Assembly (NCBI GenBank): GCA_028534125.1
Contig: CM052817.1
Coordinates: 106,022,001 to 106,086,000, forward strand
Direction of reading: 5' to 3'
Source: Lama glama
Lineage: Eukaryota
Length of the DNA: 64,000 bases
The notes beneath the pieces were generated by a model. It ran no database searches and was not told where the DNA came from. It saw only the letters and a program-made list of their open reading frames with translations. Within the stretch, counting starts at the first letter, position 1, and every line of letters starts with the position of its first letter. Below, piece after piece: positions 14,691 to 28,150 of the stretch. Made by a program: the position numbers and the translations under genes.

Positions 14691-15509
14691 AGTATTTAAG
14701 GTCCAGGATATGGATTGCAAAACCAATTTCCAAAAAACCTTTTTTGCATTTGTATTAATGGAATCAATACATGAAAATGCATTTTTTTTCTCCATGTCTT
14801 TTCACCTGTTTACCTCGTTTTGAAATATTTATTGGAACATTATGTGTTAAAAAGGACAGTTTATTTTAATTCATATTTAGTTCATCAAAAAGGATTTTTA
14901 TTAACACTATTCACAAGTTTTAGCCATTTTTAGAGGAGTTTGAAACCTTTTAAATAGATACTTTGCTGAGACTATTCCGGTTCATTTTTATAAACCACAA
15001 TTTTCACATATATGAAGTATTCCCTTTCCTTGGATAGCTTTTGGGAAAGGGTAGGAAAGGCTGCACTCTAATTTTCTGTTTTACATTCTACAGATTACAT
15101 TTTTAGGTGATTGTCATAAGTTATTAAATTCTGCTTACAAATGGAAATGAATCAAAATAGAAAACCAGCTTTGAGAACCCTCAGTGTACCTACTGGCATC
15201 ACTCACAATTTATTTGAAGGAACGATAATTAGAACAAATGATATAAAAAAAATGGACACAGTGCATTTCCACCTGCTGTACCAAGTTCTGCCAGTGGAAA
15301 TAGCAGGGATTCATCCATATATAATCATTCTCTCTTATTTCAAATAAAATAACTGTGTATCACCATGGCTTTTTGCCTACAGTGTTTATTTCTTTACTCC
15401 ATCATTAATGCTTTAGTCATTTTTTCCCTAAAATATCATAAACAGAAAAAAAAATGTATTCACACTCCTGGGATCACTGTAATTCTTTTCAGTATATGTA
15501 AAGGTAGCT

Positions 15510-17260
15510 CCTATTTTGAATAAACTTTCCACTTTAGAATAGTTTTAGAATTACAGAAAAATTCTGAAAATAGCACTGAGAGCTCTCAAATGCCCTGAAA
15601 CCAGTTTCCCTTCTGTTAACAGCCTATAATGGTATATTTGTCACAGTTAATGAACTAATACTGATACATGATATTTGGCTACAATCCATATTTTCTAAGT
15701 TGTGCCAAGTGTACTAATGCGTCCATCCATACAGTCTGCATTTCTCTTCCTGTGTTTTCTCGTTTCTAGTATTTCATTTCGATTCTTCTGTAGCATCTCC
15801 ATCTCTCCACTGTAATTTCTTATCCCTCCTGTACGTCCCCCACTTTTTCAGGAGTGCCCTTCCCGTGGTGGTCACAGTCACTTTAAATTCTCCATCTAGG
15901 TCCAATGTCCCTGTTACAGTTGGATCTGGTCCTGATGTTGCTTTGTCTCTTCAGACTCTTTTTACTTTTTGACCTTTGTCACCCCTTGTCATTTTTTTTT
16001 GCTGCTATCCAGACGTGTCATATCAGGTTATAGGAACTGAGATAAACTAGGTCTTTCGTGGAAGAGTTTTTGTTAATCTGGTTAGGAGTTGTCCTGGGCT
16101 TAATATGTGTTGTACTTGTGGGTGCGTAAGGCTTCAAATTCCTCTAATGTCTTTTTTTTTCTGTTTTCTTTCTTGACGCTGGGCTTCCCTATGTACTTCT
16201 CCTTAAAATGTGTCTGTGTCTTGTGGTGCTTTTGTTAGGGCAGGTAGGTAGTTAGATATGAGCCGAGAAAGAGGGGCATGGACCAAATGGCAGAAAACCA
16301 CACATCTTGTGAACAATGGGGGTCCTTAGACAGACCAAGAAAAACAGGATCCTCTGGATTGCTAAAAAAAAAAAAAAAAAAAAAAGCCTTCTGGGTTAAT
16401 AAGTGTCCTGGAGGCAGAAGGGTGGGACGGGACAGGAATCCCCTCCGACCGAATGTAACCTTTTGCTTATGATACTCCCATCCAAATGTAACCCTTGGTC
16501 ATCATGACCTCATTCAAATTCCTGATCAAGACTAAGTAAGGATGAAAAATCCTTCCTCTCACCTGGGAGGGTGGAGCTGGGATGAAGATTAGGAAAGACG
16601 ACCCCAAACCCCTTCCTGCCAATGAATATTCTGTCCATTCATTTTCACACCCAGATAACCAGCTTGCCAAGGAAACTCGGGGCAGCCACCCACCTGGGTC
16701 TGCCTGCCCTTCCCTTGAGAGCACACTATCTACCCTTTAATAAATCCTTGGTTTGCTTTCTTGACCTCCATGTCTTGTTTCTGAATTCTTTCTGCAACAA
16801 AACAAGAACGTTCCACCCACAGCACTGTTATTTGTAGCCCATGTTTATTATAGCAGAGCTCTGTCTACGTGATCCTAAGGCTTGGATGCACTTCATCATC
16901 TTCCAAAGAAATCTAAGTCTCTTATTGAGCCTGTGTCTTGGGACTGTGATTTTCACAAACGTTTTTCTTTCTCTGACACCTTCCCCAGCTGCAGTGCTTG
17001 CAACGTCTTTTAAGCATCAATCCCTTGTTTTCTATGTATTTCTCCCTCACCCCATCATTGGGTGCTACAGGAAAGCGAATGGGGGAGAAATGCTGTTCCA
17101 CCCGTGAGGCTAAAGTTCTGGCAAACTTTTTTTTTTTTTCTAGGAAATAGGCCTTTGTCATGAGTCACATATTTGCATACTTCATAATGCTTACTATCCC
17201 TTCCTCTCCCAGAGTCAGAGGGGATTTTTTTCAGAGCTTCACTGTAAAAGTACATCTACT
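15510..17260 (-). mobile_element. Old L1M (L1MC/MD-like 3' end plus 5'-region fragments), split by an LTR
   Basis: tttagaatagttttagaattacagaaaaatt...tggtatatttgtcacagttaatgaactaatactgatac is an L1MC-type 3' end; antisense L1M 5'-region-like sequence lies on both sides of the LTR. Confidence 0.65.
16233..16812 (+). mobile_element. ERV1 LTR (MER50-like start), 3' end truncated
   Basis: TGTTAGGGCAGGTAGGTAGTTAGATATGAGC start; AATAAA ~16739; ends gaattctttctgcaacaaaacaagaac; internal A-run ~16364-16385. Confidence 0.8.
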
Positions 17261-18562
17261 GATTATTTTCCTTCAAGTATTCTATTTATTCAGTTAAAAA
17301 TATAAAGTTATACCAAGTATGTTTTCTGAAATAAATTAGAAAGGGCTACGGGATTACATGGACCTTGCTGGGATCAGTGGTTGGGTTCAAGAAACACCAT
17401 AAAGAAAGACAGTGAATAATCATCCACTTGAAGCTAGATGAGGGAACCAGAGATTTTCCTCAGCAACATAGGAAGTGATTTTCATCAGCAGCAGAGCGCA
17501 GAAAAATGTGCAGGGCCCAGATCAAGGATTGGGATTAATCGGTGTAGATGAACTTCAAGTAACATTCAGTTCCAAACTTAGCAATTCTGCAACACCAACA
17601 CCAGGATGTGACTGAAAACGTGAAGAATCCTGACATACAGGTGAGTACCATCTGAGTGGACAGACTCAGAAGCTTTGAAACGTCAGATTTCCTTGAAATG
17701 TTCCTTGGCTTGCAAAACATCCCTTTCTTTCTTTTGAAGGTTAGTGCCCTTCTTGTGCCTGGAAATCTCTGCTTTGCTAGGTAATGCATATTCCCCTGCC
17801 CTCTTGTCCACCTCTCTTCCTTCATCCTAACTTTGGTCTTGCCACTTTCATTGGTAGAGGTTGCATATTCCCCTGGCCATTTACCAAGAGACATAGAAAG
17901 GTGCAGGCTTTGAAATGAGCCAAGAATATCAACATGTTCTACTGCAGATCCCATTTGTGACATAAGCAGCCTTGCTAATTGGGCCTTGTATGGTATCTGA
18001 ATGGTACAGAATACCATGAGTTTATGCCAAGCCCTGAAGAAAATCAAAACATAATCTCACTAGAAATCCAAAACAAAGCCTTGATTTCTACAATACAGAA
18101 TTGCTTACAAATAGCTCTGTTGGTATTATTAGGTCTTAGTAGAAATGAAGAATTTGATTCTAAGATATTGAGTGATTGTGCAATTCAAGTTGTCCATCAG
18201 TGTTGATTTCGATCTGACTCAGCAAGTCAGGGTGTCAGGTGCAGCCGGCAGCAGTCTGGTAATTTGGAAGTGGTACTTCCAGGGTGACACACAAGCAGGC
18301 ACAGTGACACCTATGTCACTAGAATTCCCAGCTCCATTGTCATTTCTCCCCTAATTTTATCTTTGACCATCCAGGGTGTCTCTTTTGACAAACTGAAAAA
18401 TAAACAAAGAGACAGAGACTGATCTCTGATGGGTCAACTTAATATCTGGGTACAAACAAAGATGTAACACTGGCTTATATCAGGGCTGTCCCTAAAAGGC
18501 AGTGAGTAGGGGACGTTCTCACACTGAGCAGAACTTTGGGCAGTGCATTTGATTATCCACCT

Positions 18563-19144
18563 TGTTTGGAAATAAAAGTATGGTGAGAGAATAGCTTCTT
18601 GCCTCATGCAGGAAAGAATTCAAGAGCAAGGTATAGTAACCTGAAAGCAAGTTTAGAGAGATACACACTCCATAGACAGAGCGGGGTCTGCCTCACTCAG
18701 AAGGCAAAATGGCTTAAGAGATATACACTCCGTTGGCAGAATGTGGGCCATCCCAGGAAGGTGAGAGGGAGAGAAGCTGAGAGGTGTCGGTGTTTAGCTT
18801 AAAGTTAAAGTAGATACATGCTCCGACAGAGCAAGGGTTGTCTCAGAAGGCACCATGAGGTACAGAGTTAGTTTTTGCGGGCTTGGTCATTTCATATGCT
18901 AATGAGGAGAATTATTCCAACTACTTTGGGGAAGGGAAGAGGATTTCCAGGAAATACTCCCCGCTCCCAGACTACTTTTTGAGCTTTTATGGTCAGCCTG
19001 GGAACTGCCGTGGTGCCCGGGTGTGCATGAGGCTCACAGTCTACTGGAAGTTGAATCTTCCGCCATCTTGGTTCTAACTAGTTTGTCTTGTCCTCAATGG
19101 CTGTGTCATTTCTTCAGTGGTTATGCCCTGCCCTCTTTCCTCCA
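18563..19144 (-). mobile_element. ERV1 LTR (LTR39/MER101-like)
   Basis: cttcttgcctcatgcaggaaagaattcaagagc...agatacacactccatagacagag...catttcatatgctaatgag...cgccatcttgg; TG...CA ends. Confidence 0.75.
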
Positions 19145-19619
19145 GTTTCAAAATTACCCAAGTACAAATACATTAAGACTCAAAAACGGTGAAGAATATT
19201 ATTGCTAGTTGGTTAGGGACCTATAATAGTAAAGATTGGGAGGTCATTGTACACGTACAACATGTTTCATTGTATGAAATGCAATATAAAAATTATACTG
19301 CAATTTCTGAAAAAAAACACATGCTCAAGAGTACTAAAATGTCAAGTGATAAGCAAATTGAAGCCACTTCAGTGTTTTAAGTGTAGAAACAGGAAATTGT
19401 AGAATCAATTTGAGCTCAACAGGATAATGGGAATTAAACTTTTAAACTCAACATGGGTAAGCCATTATATATATATACTGAATCATGACTAGGAATTCAA
19501 TCAAACCAATTACCTGTATGAGTGACTCTGTATTATCCCAATTACAGTTGTTGCTCAGTCTCCAATCCAGAAATCTAGAAAGAAAAAGTTAGGGTAGGTT
19601 TTGATATCTATTTTTATTT

Positions 19620-19945
19620 TGGAACAAATTAGAATGTAACTGCAGGACATCAAAAATAAGGGGGCAAAGCAATTTAAAAGCTACTAGATTGAAAAGACAG
19701 ATAACCTTCAAAAGAAATAAAATCCAATTATCATTAAATTGTTCATTAGTAACTGTAAGATACAGAGTAAATGTAATAAGGATTTTAAACTACTGAGAAA
19801 AAATGACAGTAATCATTCTCTCTTATGGCAGTGGAATATCCATCCAAGAATCATAAAAGGCATTTTTTTCAGACAAACCTACAGCCACATATTTTACAGT
19901 TAAAACAACCCATGCTGAAAGACTGATTGAAAGATATTCTTACTC
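19620..19945 (+). mobile_element. Ancient L1M/HAL1 ORF1 C-terminal fossil
   Basis: aaaagacagataaccttcaaaagaaataaaatc...ttttaaactactgagaaaaaat...ttttcagacaaac...ctgaaagactgattgaaagatattctt follows the ORF1p C-terminal pattern. Confidence 0.55.
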
Positions 19946-19955
19946 AAAATGCACA

Positions 19956-21172
19956 TTTATCTATTTTATATATAGTAGTTAGTATCTGTAAATCTCAAGC
20001 TCCCAATTTATCCCTTCACACCTCCTGCCCCCATTGGTAACCATAAGTTTGTTTTCTATGTCTGTGAGACTCTTTCTGTTTTGTAAGTAAGTTCATTTGT
20101 CTTTTTTTTATATAATTCTCATATAAGTGATTTCATATGATATTCTTTTTCTTTCTGGTTTACTTCACTCAGAATGACAATCTCCAGGTCCTTCCATGTT
20201 GCTGCAAATGACATGATTTTATTCTTTTTTTATAGCTGAGTAGTATTCCATTATATTAACATATCACAGCTTCTTTATCCAGTCATCTGTCTATGGACAC
20301 TTAGGTTGTTTCCATGCCTTGGCTATTGTATATATGGCTATGAACATTGGGGTGCATGTTTATTTTCTAATTAAAGTTCCCTCTGGATATATGCCCAGGA
20401 GTGAGATTGCTGGATCATATAGTAAGTCTATTTTCAATATTTTGAGGATTCTTCATACTGTTTTCCATATGGCTGCACAAAACTACATTCCCACCAACAG
20501 TGTAAGAGGGTCCCCTTTTCTCCACACCTTCTCCAGCTTTTATCATTTGTGGACTTTTGAATGATGGCTGTTCTGACTGGTGTGAGGTGATACCTCATTG
20601 CAGTTTTGATTTGCATTTCTCTGATAATTAGCAATACTGAACATTTTTTCATGTGCCTATTGGCCATTTGTATGTCTTTACTGGAGAATTGCTTGTCTAA
20701 GTCTTCTGTCCATTTTTGGATTTTTTTTTAATTATTATTAAGATGTATGACCTCTTTATATATTTAGGAAAGTAGTCCCTTGTCAGTCTCGTCTTTTGCA
20801 AATATTTTCTCCCATTCTGTACCTGTAGGTCGTCTTTTTATTTTATGGTTGCCTTTGCTGTGCAAAGGCTTTTAAGTTTAATTAGGTCCCATTTGTTTAT
20901 TTTTGCTTTTATTTCTATTGCTGGGGAGGCTGCTCTAGGAGAACATTGCTAAGATTTATGTTGGATAATGTTTTGCCTATGTTTTCTTCTAAGAGGTTTA
21001 TAATGTCTTATGTTTAAGTCTTTAAGCCATTTTGAGTTTATTTTTGTGTGTGGTGTGAGGGAGTGTTCTAACTTCACGGATTTACATGCAGCTGTCTGGT
21101 CTTCCCAACACCACTTGCTGAAGAGACTGTCTTTTCTCTATGGTTTGTTCTTGCCTCCTTTGTCACAGGTAA
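19956..21172 (-). mobile_element. L1 fragment (ORF2 3' part + partial 3'UTR) lacking its normal 3' tail
   Basis: ORF 20434-20667(-) [42 protein letters not shown] is the L1 ORF2p Cys-rich region; acatttat direct repeat at both ends. Confidence 0.95.
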
Positions 21173-24100
21173 ACATTTATATGTATTGTGCATTCAAAAC
21201 TTGATTTCAAAGACAAGAAAGGTGTATTTTATGAAAATTAATATATTCTCTGACTGTAGTTTGGAAATTTCACTGAGACATATTCAATTTACACAAATAA
21301 ATAAAATGATTCCATAAAGGAAATGTAAAAGTGGCAAAATTATACATGGATAGGGTTATCACTTTAAGCCTAGTTTTCCATTCATTAACTTGAAATTTCT
21401 CCAAAGGAAGAATTGAAGATCCCTGAAATGTGCATGAAAGCTTGTTCAATTCTTTCACATTAAAAAAACAAACAAACAAAAAAAGGGAAAACCAATTAGG
21501 AGACAAATTATACTTTAACATTTAAAGCTTTCACTTTAAAAATAAAGTGAAAAAGATAAACACTCTTTTCTCACTTAAATCTCTTTATAAAAATGATAAT
21601 TATTTTCTGAGTGCAACTTAGATCCCTACTCTGCTTTGTCAGTAGCCTTGCAGAGGATAAATACACAGATGAGGACACAGTTCTTTTGTGCTTAGAAACA
21701 CATGTGAAATTGTGAAACTCTCGCTGATAATATGTACTCCTTGCAAATTGAACTACTAAATTTTCATTCATTATGAAGTAGTTTTTAAAGTAATATTAAG
21801 GTACCAAAATCTCTAAAACAGCTGATTTGTATTAGTTTGCATTCTATTAGATCTGTTATTAACTGCATCCTCAATTCTGAATTATTTGCCATTTGCTTTA
21901 AATGTTCTAGAGTCTCTTTTTATAGATAGTGTGCTGTTTCCAAAATTAGACTATGTACTTCTGAGGGTCAGCATTTAGACATGTTGTTTCTTGCGTACGT
22001 CAGTATATTGTTTATAGAGTGATTGATTACATGTCCTTACTAGTCTGGAAAAATTTGGTTTTATATATGTTGTTCTTGAATTCCATTTGTTTTATATTTG
22101 GTCCCAGATTGTCCATCTTTTCTGTGTCATTATAATTTTTAGTTGCATTAATAAAGCCAGGATGTGCTTGTGTGGTTTCCACTTTGTTTATTGGTTTCCG
22201 CCATGTTTTTCTATAACAGGGACTGAGAGGCATGAGTTGCAAGTAGCATTTTACTTTCAACACAATGTTCAGCCTATCCTTTGAGATGCAACACAGTCAA
22301 TATTTCCCTTTCAAGGAAGTATTTAATGCTGTTCGGCCTGATGGTCACTTGTTCCTTCAGCCATTTTGTCTTATGGCCCATGTTGCAGGCCAAGTCATAT
22401 TATGTACAGAGCCAGGCCATCAGGTATGGAGATGACAGGGAAATATGGGCAATTACAGGTTCATTGCACATAAAATGTGTGTGGAAAATAGAGTCTGATT
22501 AGTTCTATCTTAGCTTGCATAGAGTTGTCTGAATACTCTTGCTATAAAGGTAAAGAATTTCTTGCAGGAAATAACTCTAGCAATTTGTTTTATCATTTTG
22601 TGAGATTCCTTTCTTTACTTTTAAAATTAAACATTTCCCCAGCTGTGAGCTGCAAAAAAAGAAAAAGAAACTAAATTGCATACAAATTTAAAAAGTGAGT
22701 ATTGAATTTTTGCTTTTTCAAGTGAAAGAGTTGATGGTTGTATAGCCTGCACAAACTGTACATTTGACATCTAATTTGTGGACATAATTGTTTTACTGAC
22801 AATATGGAAACCAGAAGATGCAAACCTTCTGAAAAAAATATCAGCATGACTTTTCTAATAGAGCAAATGACTATTATAGTAAATTCTAAGTTTAAAAAAA
22901 TTAAGATGAATTATTTCGTTTGTAATGGTAATATGAGTACAAATTTCAGTGGAGAACAGCATCATGATATAAACAATGTTCTAACCAAAATGAAAAAGAT
23001 TTAGTCTTGGAATTGGTTGTGATACATACCCATTTGAAATACACCTAAACTGTTGTACTTAACAATCAAATATAAGCACTTGTGTACAAAGATTATCAGT
23101 ATTTTCACAGTATAAGATATCAGAATCAAAATATTTTTGCAATAAAGCAAATGTTGAATAAATACATTATAAGCAGACTTTAGTACATGCTCTTTTTTGC
23201 CTGGTATTGACTGAATTAAGAAATGTTAGAATCTCTGATTCTTGAAATTATCACTTTTTAAAATACATCTAAGTATCCCACAAAGTTTTAAAATAATTTT
23301 AAAATAAATTTTACAAATAAAATAATTTTATAAACTCTGTAATATTTATTGCATTACAAAAAAATTAGTTGAAACATTAATCAGAGTATTCAACAAATGG
23401 AGCATCAAAAACTGCAGATTTTAACATGTTAATTAACAGGCAGCAATTATTTGAAACAAAAGTTACAAAAAGGTCGAAATCGAATTATGTATCTTTGCAA
23501 GCAAGGGAGAAAATGCAAAATATAAAATAAAAAAGATGAGATCTTCAGACTATCTTCAAATTTTACTTTTAAATTTCACAATTTTTAAAAATATCTTAAA
23601 ATGTAGAAAGAATCTATTGTTGGAACTTCTACTTTTAGCTGTATTTAAATTTTTATGCTATAATGAAATGGGATGGAAGTTGGAAAGCTTTAGATGTTTC
23701 ATCATCTCATTACAAGGACAATCCACTTATTTTATTACATGTATCTTATAAAAATGTATGTCAAAGACAAATGTTCTTCAGTGGAGGCATAAAGACAGTA
23801 TTAATGAAACTCTTTGGGATGAAACATTTATAGAACTTAATATAAAATTTATTAGATTTAGCAATATCCTTGATTTAGTTCAACTTGCTAGGTCTACTTT
23901 CCAGGTGTGTTCAATGTGCCTCTGTAGTGTCTTGTCAATTAAAAATAAAGTGGTCTAGCAATCACTATATTAACTTTAATAAATTATTAAATAAATTAAA
24001 TAATTAAATTAATTAACCTTGATAAGTTAATAAATAGGCTTACCTAAAAAAAATTTAAAGAAGATTTCAGGTTATTTTTTATAAAAAAAATAAATATTAA

Positions 24101-26577
24101 ACACTATTGAAAGTATATATTCCTTAGAAAAATGCCATTGATTTAAGAATCTGATAAAATATATGAACAGTTCCAAGAATAATTACTTGATTTGGTCTTA
24201 TTTTTAAATGATCAGGTGATAAAAATTTAAAATATAAAATTTGAGGCGGTTTTCAAGGATGTGGGTATATGCCATTTTACTTTTAGCAGACTTATGTCTT
24301 AAAAATATATTTCTAAAGCAAGCGACCAATTTAGTAAAGCCAATTATTTTCAATAAATATTTTTAAAAATTAAAAACAAGCCCCAAATCATCTTACTTAT
24401 AACCAAACTCTGAATGTAACAGCTTCTCAGGAAGTAATGTTAATTACTTTCTTCATTTTTCTTTCTGAAATGCCAGTTTTATAACTGTTAAATTCTCTGA
24501 GACTCCGCAAAGTTATTGCTGTAAGATTATAGTTGGCTGTTTGTTTGCTTTGTCTCCTGTTTAAATAATTTGCATGATAGATGAAGAAATAGCAAGTTAG
24601 AAGGCAAAACATGCCGTTGTTTTTTTAATCCATTAACTCACTCCCTCAAATATTAAAATGTATTATGTTAACTATTTCCTATGTATCTAGGTATACAGAT
24701 TCAAAATGAAAAAAAAATTGGAATTTATACAATCAAACAGCAACTTGAGAAAAAGCCCTCAGACCTTACGAGGTACCAAATGAGATAGTTTAATTTTTCC
24801 CCTGTGTTGATTACTTAAAAAAAAAAATCTCAAATAATCTTTCTAAAGGGTAGTTTACTGGTACTTATACGATTCTAGCGCCATTGGAAACCCTTTATCT
24901 TTAACTATAATGGTTCTTCATTTTATTTTATGGAGATCTACTCCTGCTTCTTAAAAGTTTGGATGGTTATGTTTGTTCATTAATGCTTTTAATGTTCCTT
25001 GTTATACTGCGGCTTCAATTTTTACTATCTGGTTCCCATCAGGTTCTCTCAGCTTGGAGTTTACCTTGAGTCATAAAAATTTGAGATTGTGACCTAAACT
25101 CTAATGATGTAGAACACTGCATGATGCTACCGGGCTCAGTGGCACTAATGGGGGTTTGTATACTTTTAATCAAGCGCTGTAATGAACATAGACTGAATTC
25201 TGTAGAGTGGCTACATGATAAATTCGCCTATTAGGAGGGGAGACAGATGATGTTCCAAGTCACATAAATAAGACGATCAAGGGAGAGAAAGTGCAGCAGA
25301 CCTCTCCTTAAATATGAGAATCCCACTGCGTGTTTGCAATATGCTCTTAGCTGACAGCCATAAACAAGCATATAGTCTATGCAAAATAATTAACTTTTAT
25401 ATCTCTAAGGCAGAGCGTGATAGCAGAGACCTGAAAAAAACGTATGAATAATAAAGCCTAAGGAAGAGGACTGTCTCCTCCAGGGTTAGCGATAACATTT
25501 TTTCATTAAATTGAATCAAAATAATAATAATAAAAAGAATAGATTTTAGATATGAAATTAAATTTTTCCCCAATCTATCCTTTTGACACCCATCATGTCA
25601 GCTTTCTTCAGAGAACTGAAGCAACTGAGGCAGAACTGCTTTCATGCAGAAGGGCTGAGGGTTTAAACCCGACGATTGTTAATAGTTACCGGGTGTTTCT
25701 GTCTTCAGCCCAGAAGAGCATTATAGTGAAAGAGAAATACTCACAAAGGACTGTGGAGGGGTGATTTTGGTAGCATCACGACCATGCACTTTCTACCTAA
25801 AACCTTGATTTGTCAAAGTTAGACAGATCAATTTCATTGTGTATCTGCATGTATTTCTGAAAGCCAAGATTCCTTTTATCTCTTTCAATTACATCATTGT
25901 AATCTGTTTTGCATACAGACACATAACCTCATGACTTTATGTAAATATAAATGCAATTGTATTCTTACTTTTGAACAGTTATTTTTATTGTGTAATGATG
26001 TATTTCTTTCTTATTTCCCAATTCCCACTTTCCTTCCTCTCTTGACCCTCCTCCAAACTCATCAAACCCCGGAATCACAACATCTCACCTAATTCCTAAT
26101 AACCTGATGTGTATATTTTGGAATTTTGATTTTATGATCAGCTAACTCTGTACAGTCATATACATTTGCAAATAGGTATATAGTTATAAGTATATAGGAG
26201 ATAAATCTTTGCAATTTTCAGAAATAACATTTTACATGTACCTTGGGCCATCTTGGATTTTTTTATTTTAGTGCAACAGCATAAGATGGAAATCTCTATG
26301 TACTGGGTGTCAATGCTTTTAGCCATACTTTTTAATGTCTACCAGACTCTGCTTGCTTTGTATATACCATAAGTCTTAGTTATTTTTCTATTGGAGAGCA
26401 TGTACTTTCTTTCCATGTTGCTTGTTATAAGAGATCTTTGCTCATTAGATGCATGTTTTAATAACCTCTGCCAAATAATATTTTTTTAATTTTATATATT
26501 ATATTTATGTATGGAAACTTTGGTACCCATTCATACATAAATGCATTTTGTTTCAGAGTTTCTGACTTTAACATCTT

Positions 26578-26743
26578 TTTTTTAATATTTGTATTTATTT
26601 ATTATTATATTATTTAATTACTTTATTTTGGGGTGGGAGGAGGTAATTAGGTTTATTTATTTTTAGAGGAGGTCCTGGGGATTGAACCTAGGACCTCATG
26701 TATGCTAAGCATGCGCTCTACCACTGAGCTGTACCCTCCCCCC
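26578..26743 (-). mobile_element. tRNA-derived SINE (camelid Vic-1-like)
   Basis: rc head ggggagggtacagctcagtggtagagcgcatgcttagcat...gaggtcctaggttcaatcccc with A/B boxes; A-rich tail; TSD tgactttaacatctt/tgatcttaacatctt. Confidence 0.92.
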
Positions 26744-27689
26744 TGATCTTAACATCTTGATTAGTTATGTATCTTCTACTTCTGGAATGTATATGCATTT
26801 TTATTTATCTTTTAAGGTATCCATACTGATGTTTTTAACACTATTTTGATCTGAATTTTATTTTTAAAATGCTGTGAGATGACAATTCTTTTTGTTAGGT
26901 GTGAGTTTTTTCTCATTCATTCCATTTTGTGTTTAATACTCCATTTCAATTTGAAATTCACTTTTCTCTTTAGCTCTGGAAAATTTCTTTAGTTGTTTCT
27001 TTTGCTTTAATCTATCTTTTTAAAAAAACTCAGATGAATACTAAGATATGCCTGAACCATTAATTAAGTAATATTTCAGATCAATTTGTCACATTTTAAT
27101 TTTTCTTCTTATAATGACATCTGGTGGCTTTTTCATTTCTTGTGTATTCCTATTCTAGTATATGTTGATTTAAATACAGTGAGTCTATACTGTGTTCCCC
27201 TGCTGAGACACTCCGCCATCAGTGCTGTACTTTTGTATCCTTTTCTTAACTACTCTAAGAAATTTATTCTTTCAGATGAAATTTAGGATTAGCTAACAGA
27301 ATTCAGAAAAATAACAGTAATAACTCCTAGAGAATTCTCATTGTAGTTGAATTGAATGGATAGAAGTTTTCCAAAAGCTTATATTTTTATAATATTGTCT
27401 TTCCAACCAAGGACAAAGCACTCAAGAGAGAGATCAAATGTACATGTGCAGAGAAGCTTACAATATTTGAAACCATATCCAATATACATTTAGTACATAA
27501 TTTTCACATAAAAATAAAATCAGTACATAAAAGTAAATTGCATCCACAAATAAGAAGGCAAATAAAATTTTAGCCAGCAGAACCCAATAGAGATATCTGA
27601 ATCCAGTATAAATTTAATACCAAAACCAGAAAACTTCCTTTTCATGTGAGAGTTTTGCCTCATTTTGATATTAAATTTACACTGGATTG

Positions 27690-28150
27690 AAATATTGTGA
27701 AGTTTTCTCTGTGTCTATTTGATCATTTTCTTAAATACTCTGTACAATTATTTTTCATTCTAATTTATTCTTCTTATTATTACTATTAGCTCTTAAGGCA
27801 GTCTTGAGAGAGATTATAGTGAGGTCTCTTATTTTACATAAAGATATACTTTATCAAGATATCCTCAAATTTCTAATTATTTTTGATGTATATGTTTGTT
27901 TCACAGCTTACGTGCATTGAGGTTTATTATCATTCTATTTTCATTATACATCTTGACATTATTTTATATATAGTATAATTATGTATTATATTTGTATTAT
28001 TGCTTTTGGTTTGAATTTCCATTTGCCTGACATTATTGTTAATATCTGCATTCTTAATTTTTTTGCCCTACCTTCCCAATAAAATTAATACAAATTATTG
28101 GCTTTGGTCTATTTTTGGGTAAATAATGTATTACTGAATTTAACCTTCCA
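27690..28150 (-). mobile_element. Ancient L1M ORF2 endonuclease-region fragment
   Basis: Antisense motifs such as ttggtttgaatttccatttgcctgacattattgttaatatc. Confidence 0.45.

Noticed and set aside
17535..18047. Longest ORF in the track (170 aa, minus strand)
   Set aside because: No recognisable domain or exon structure, and it has a non-ATG start. Treated as chance.
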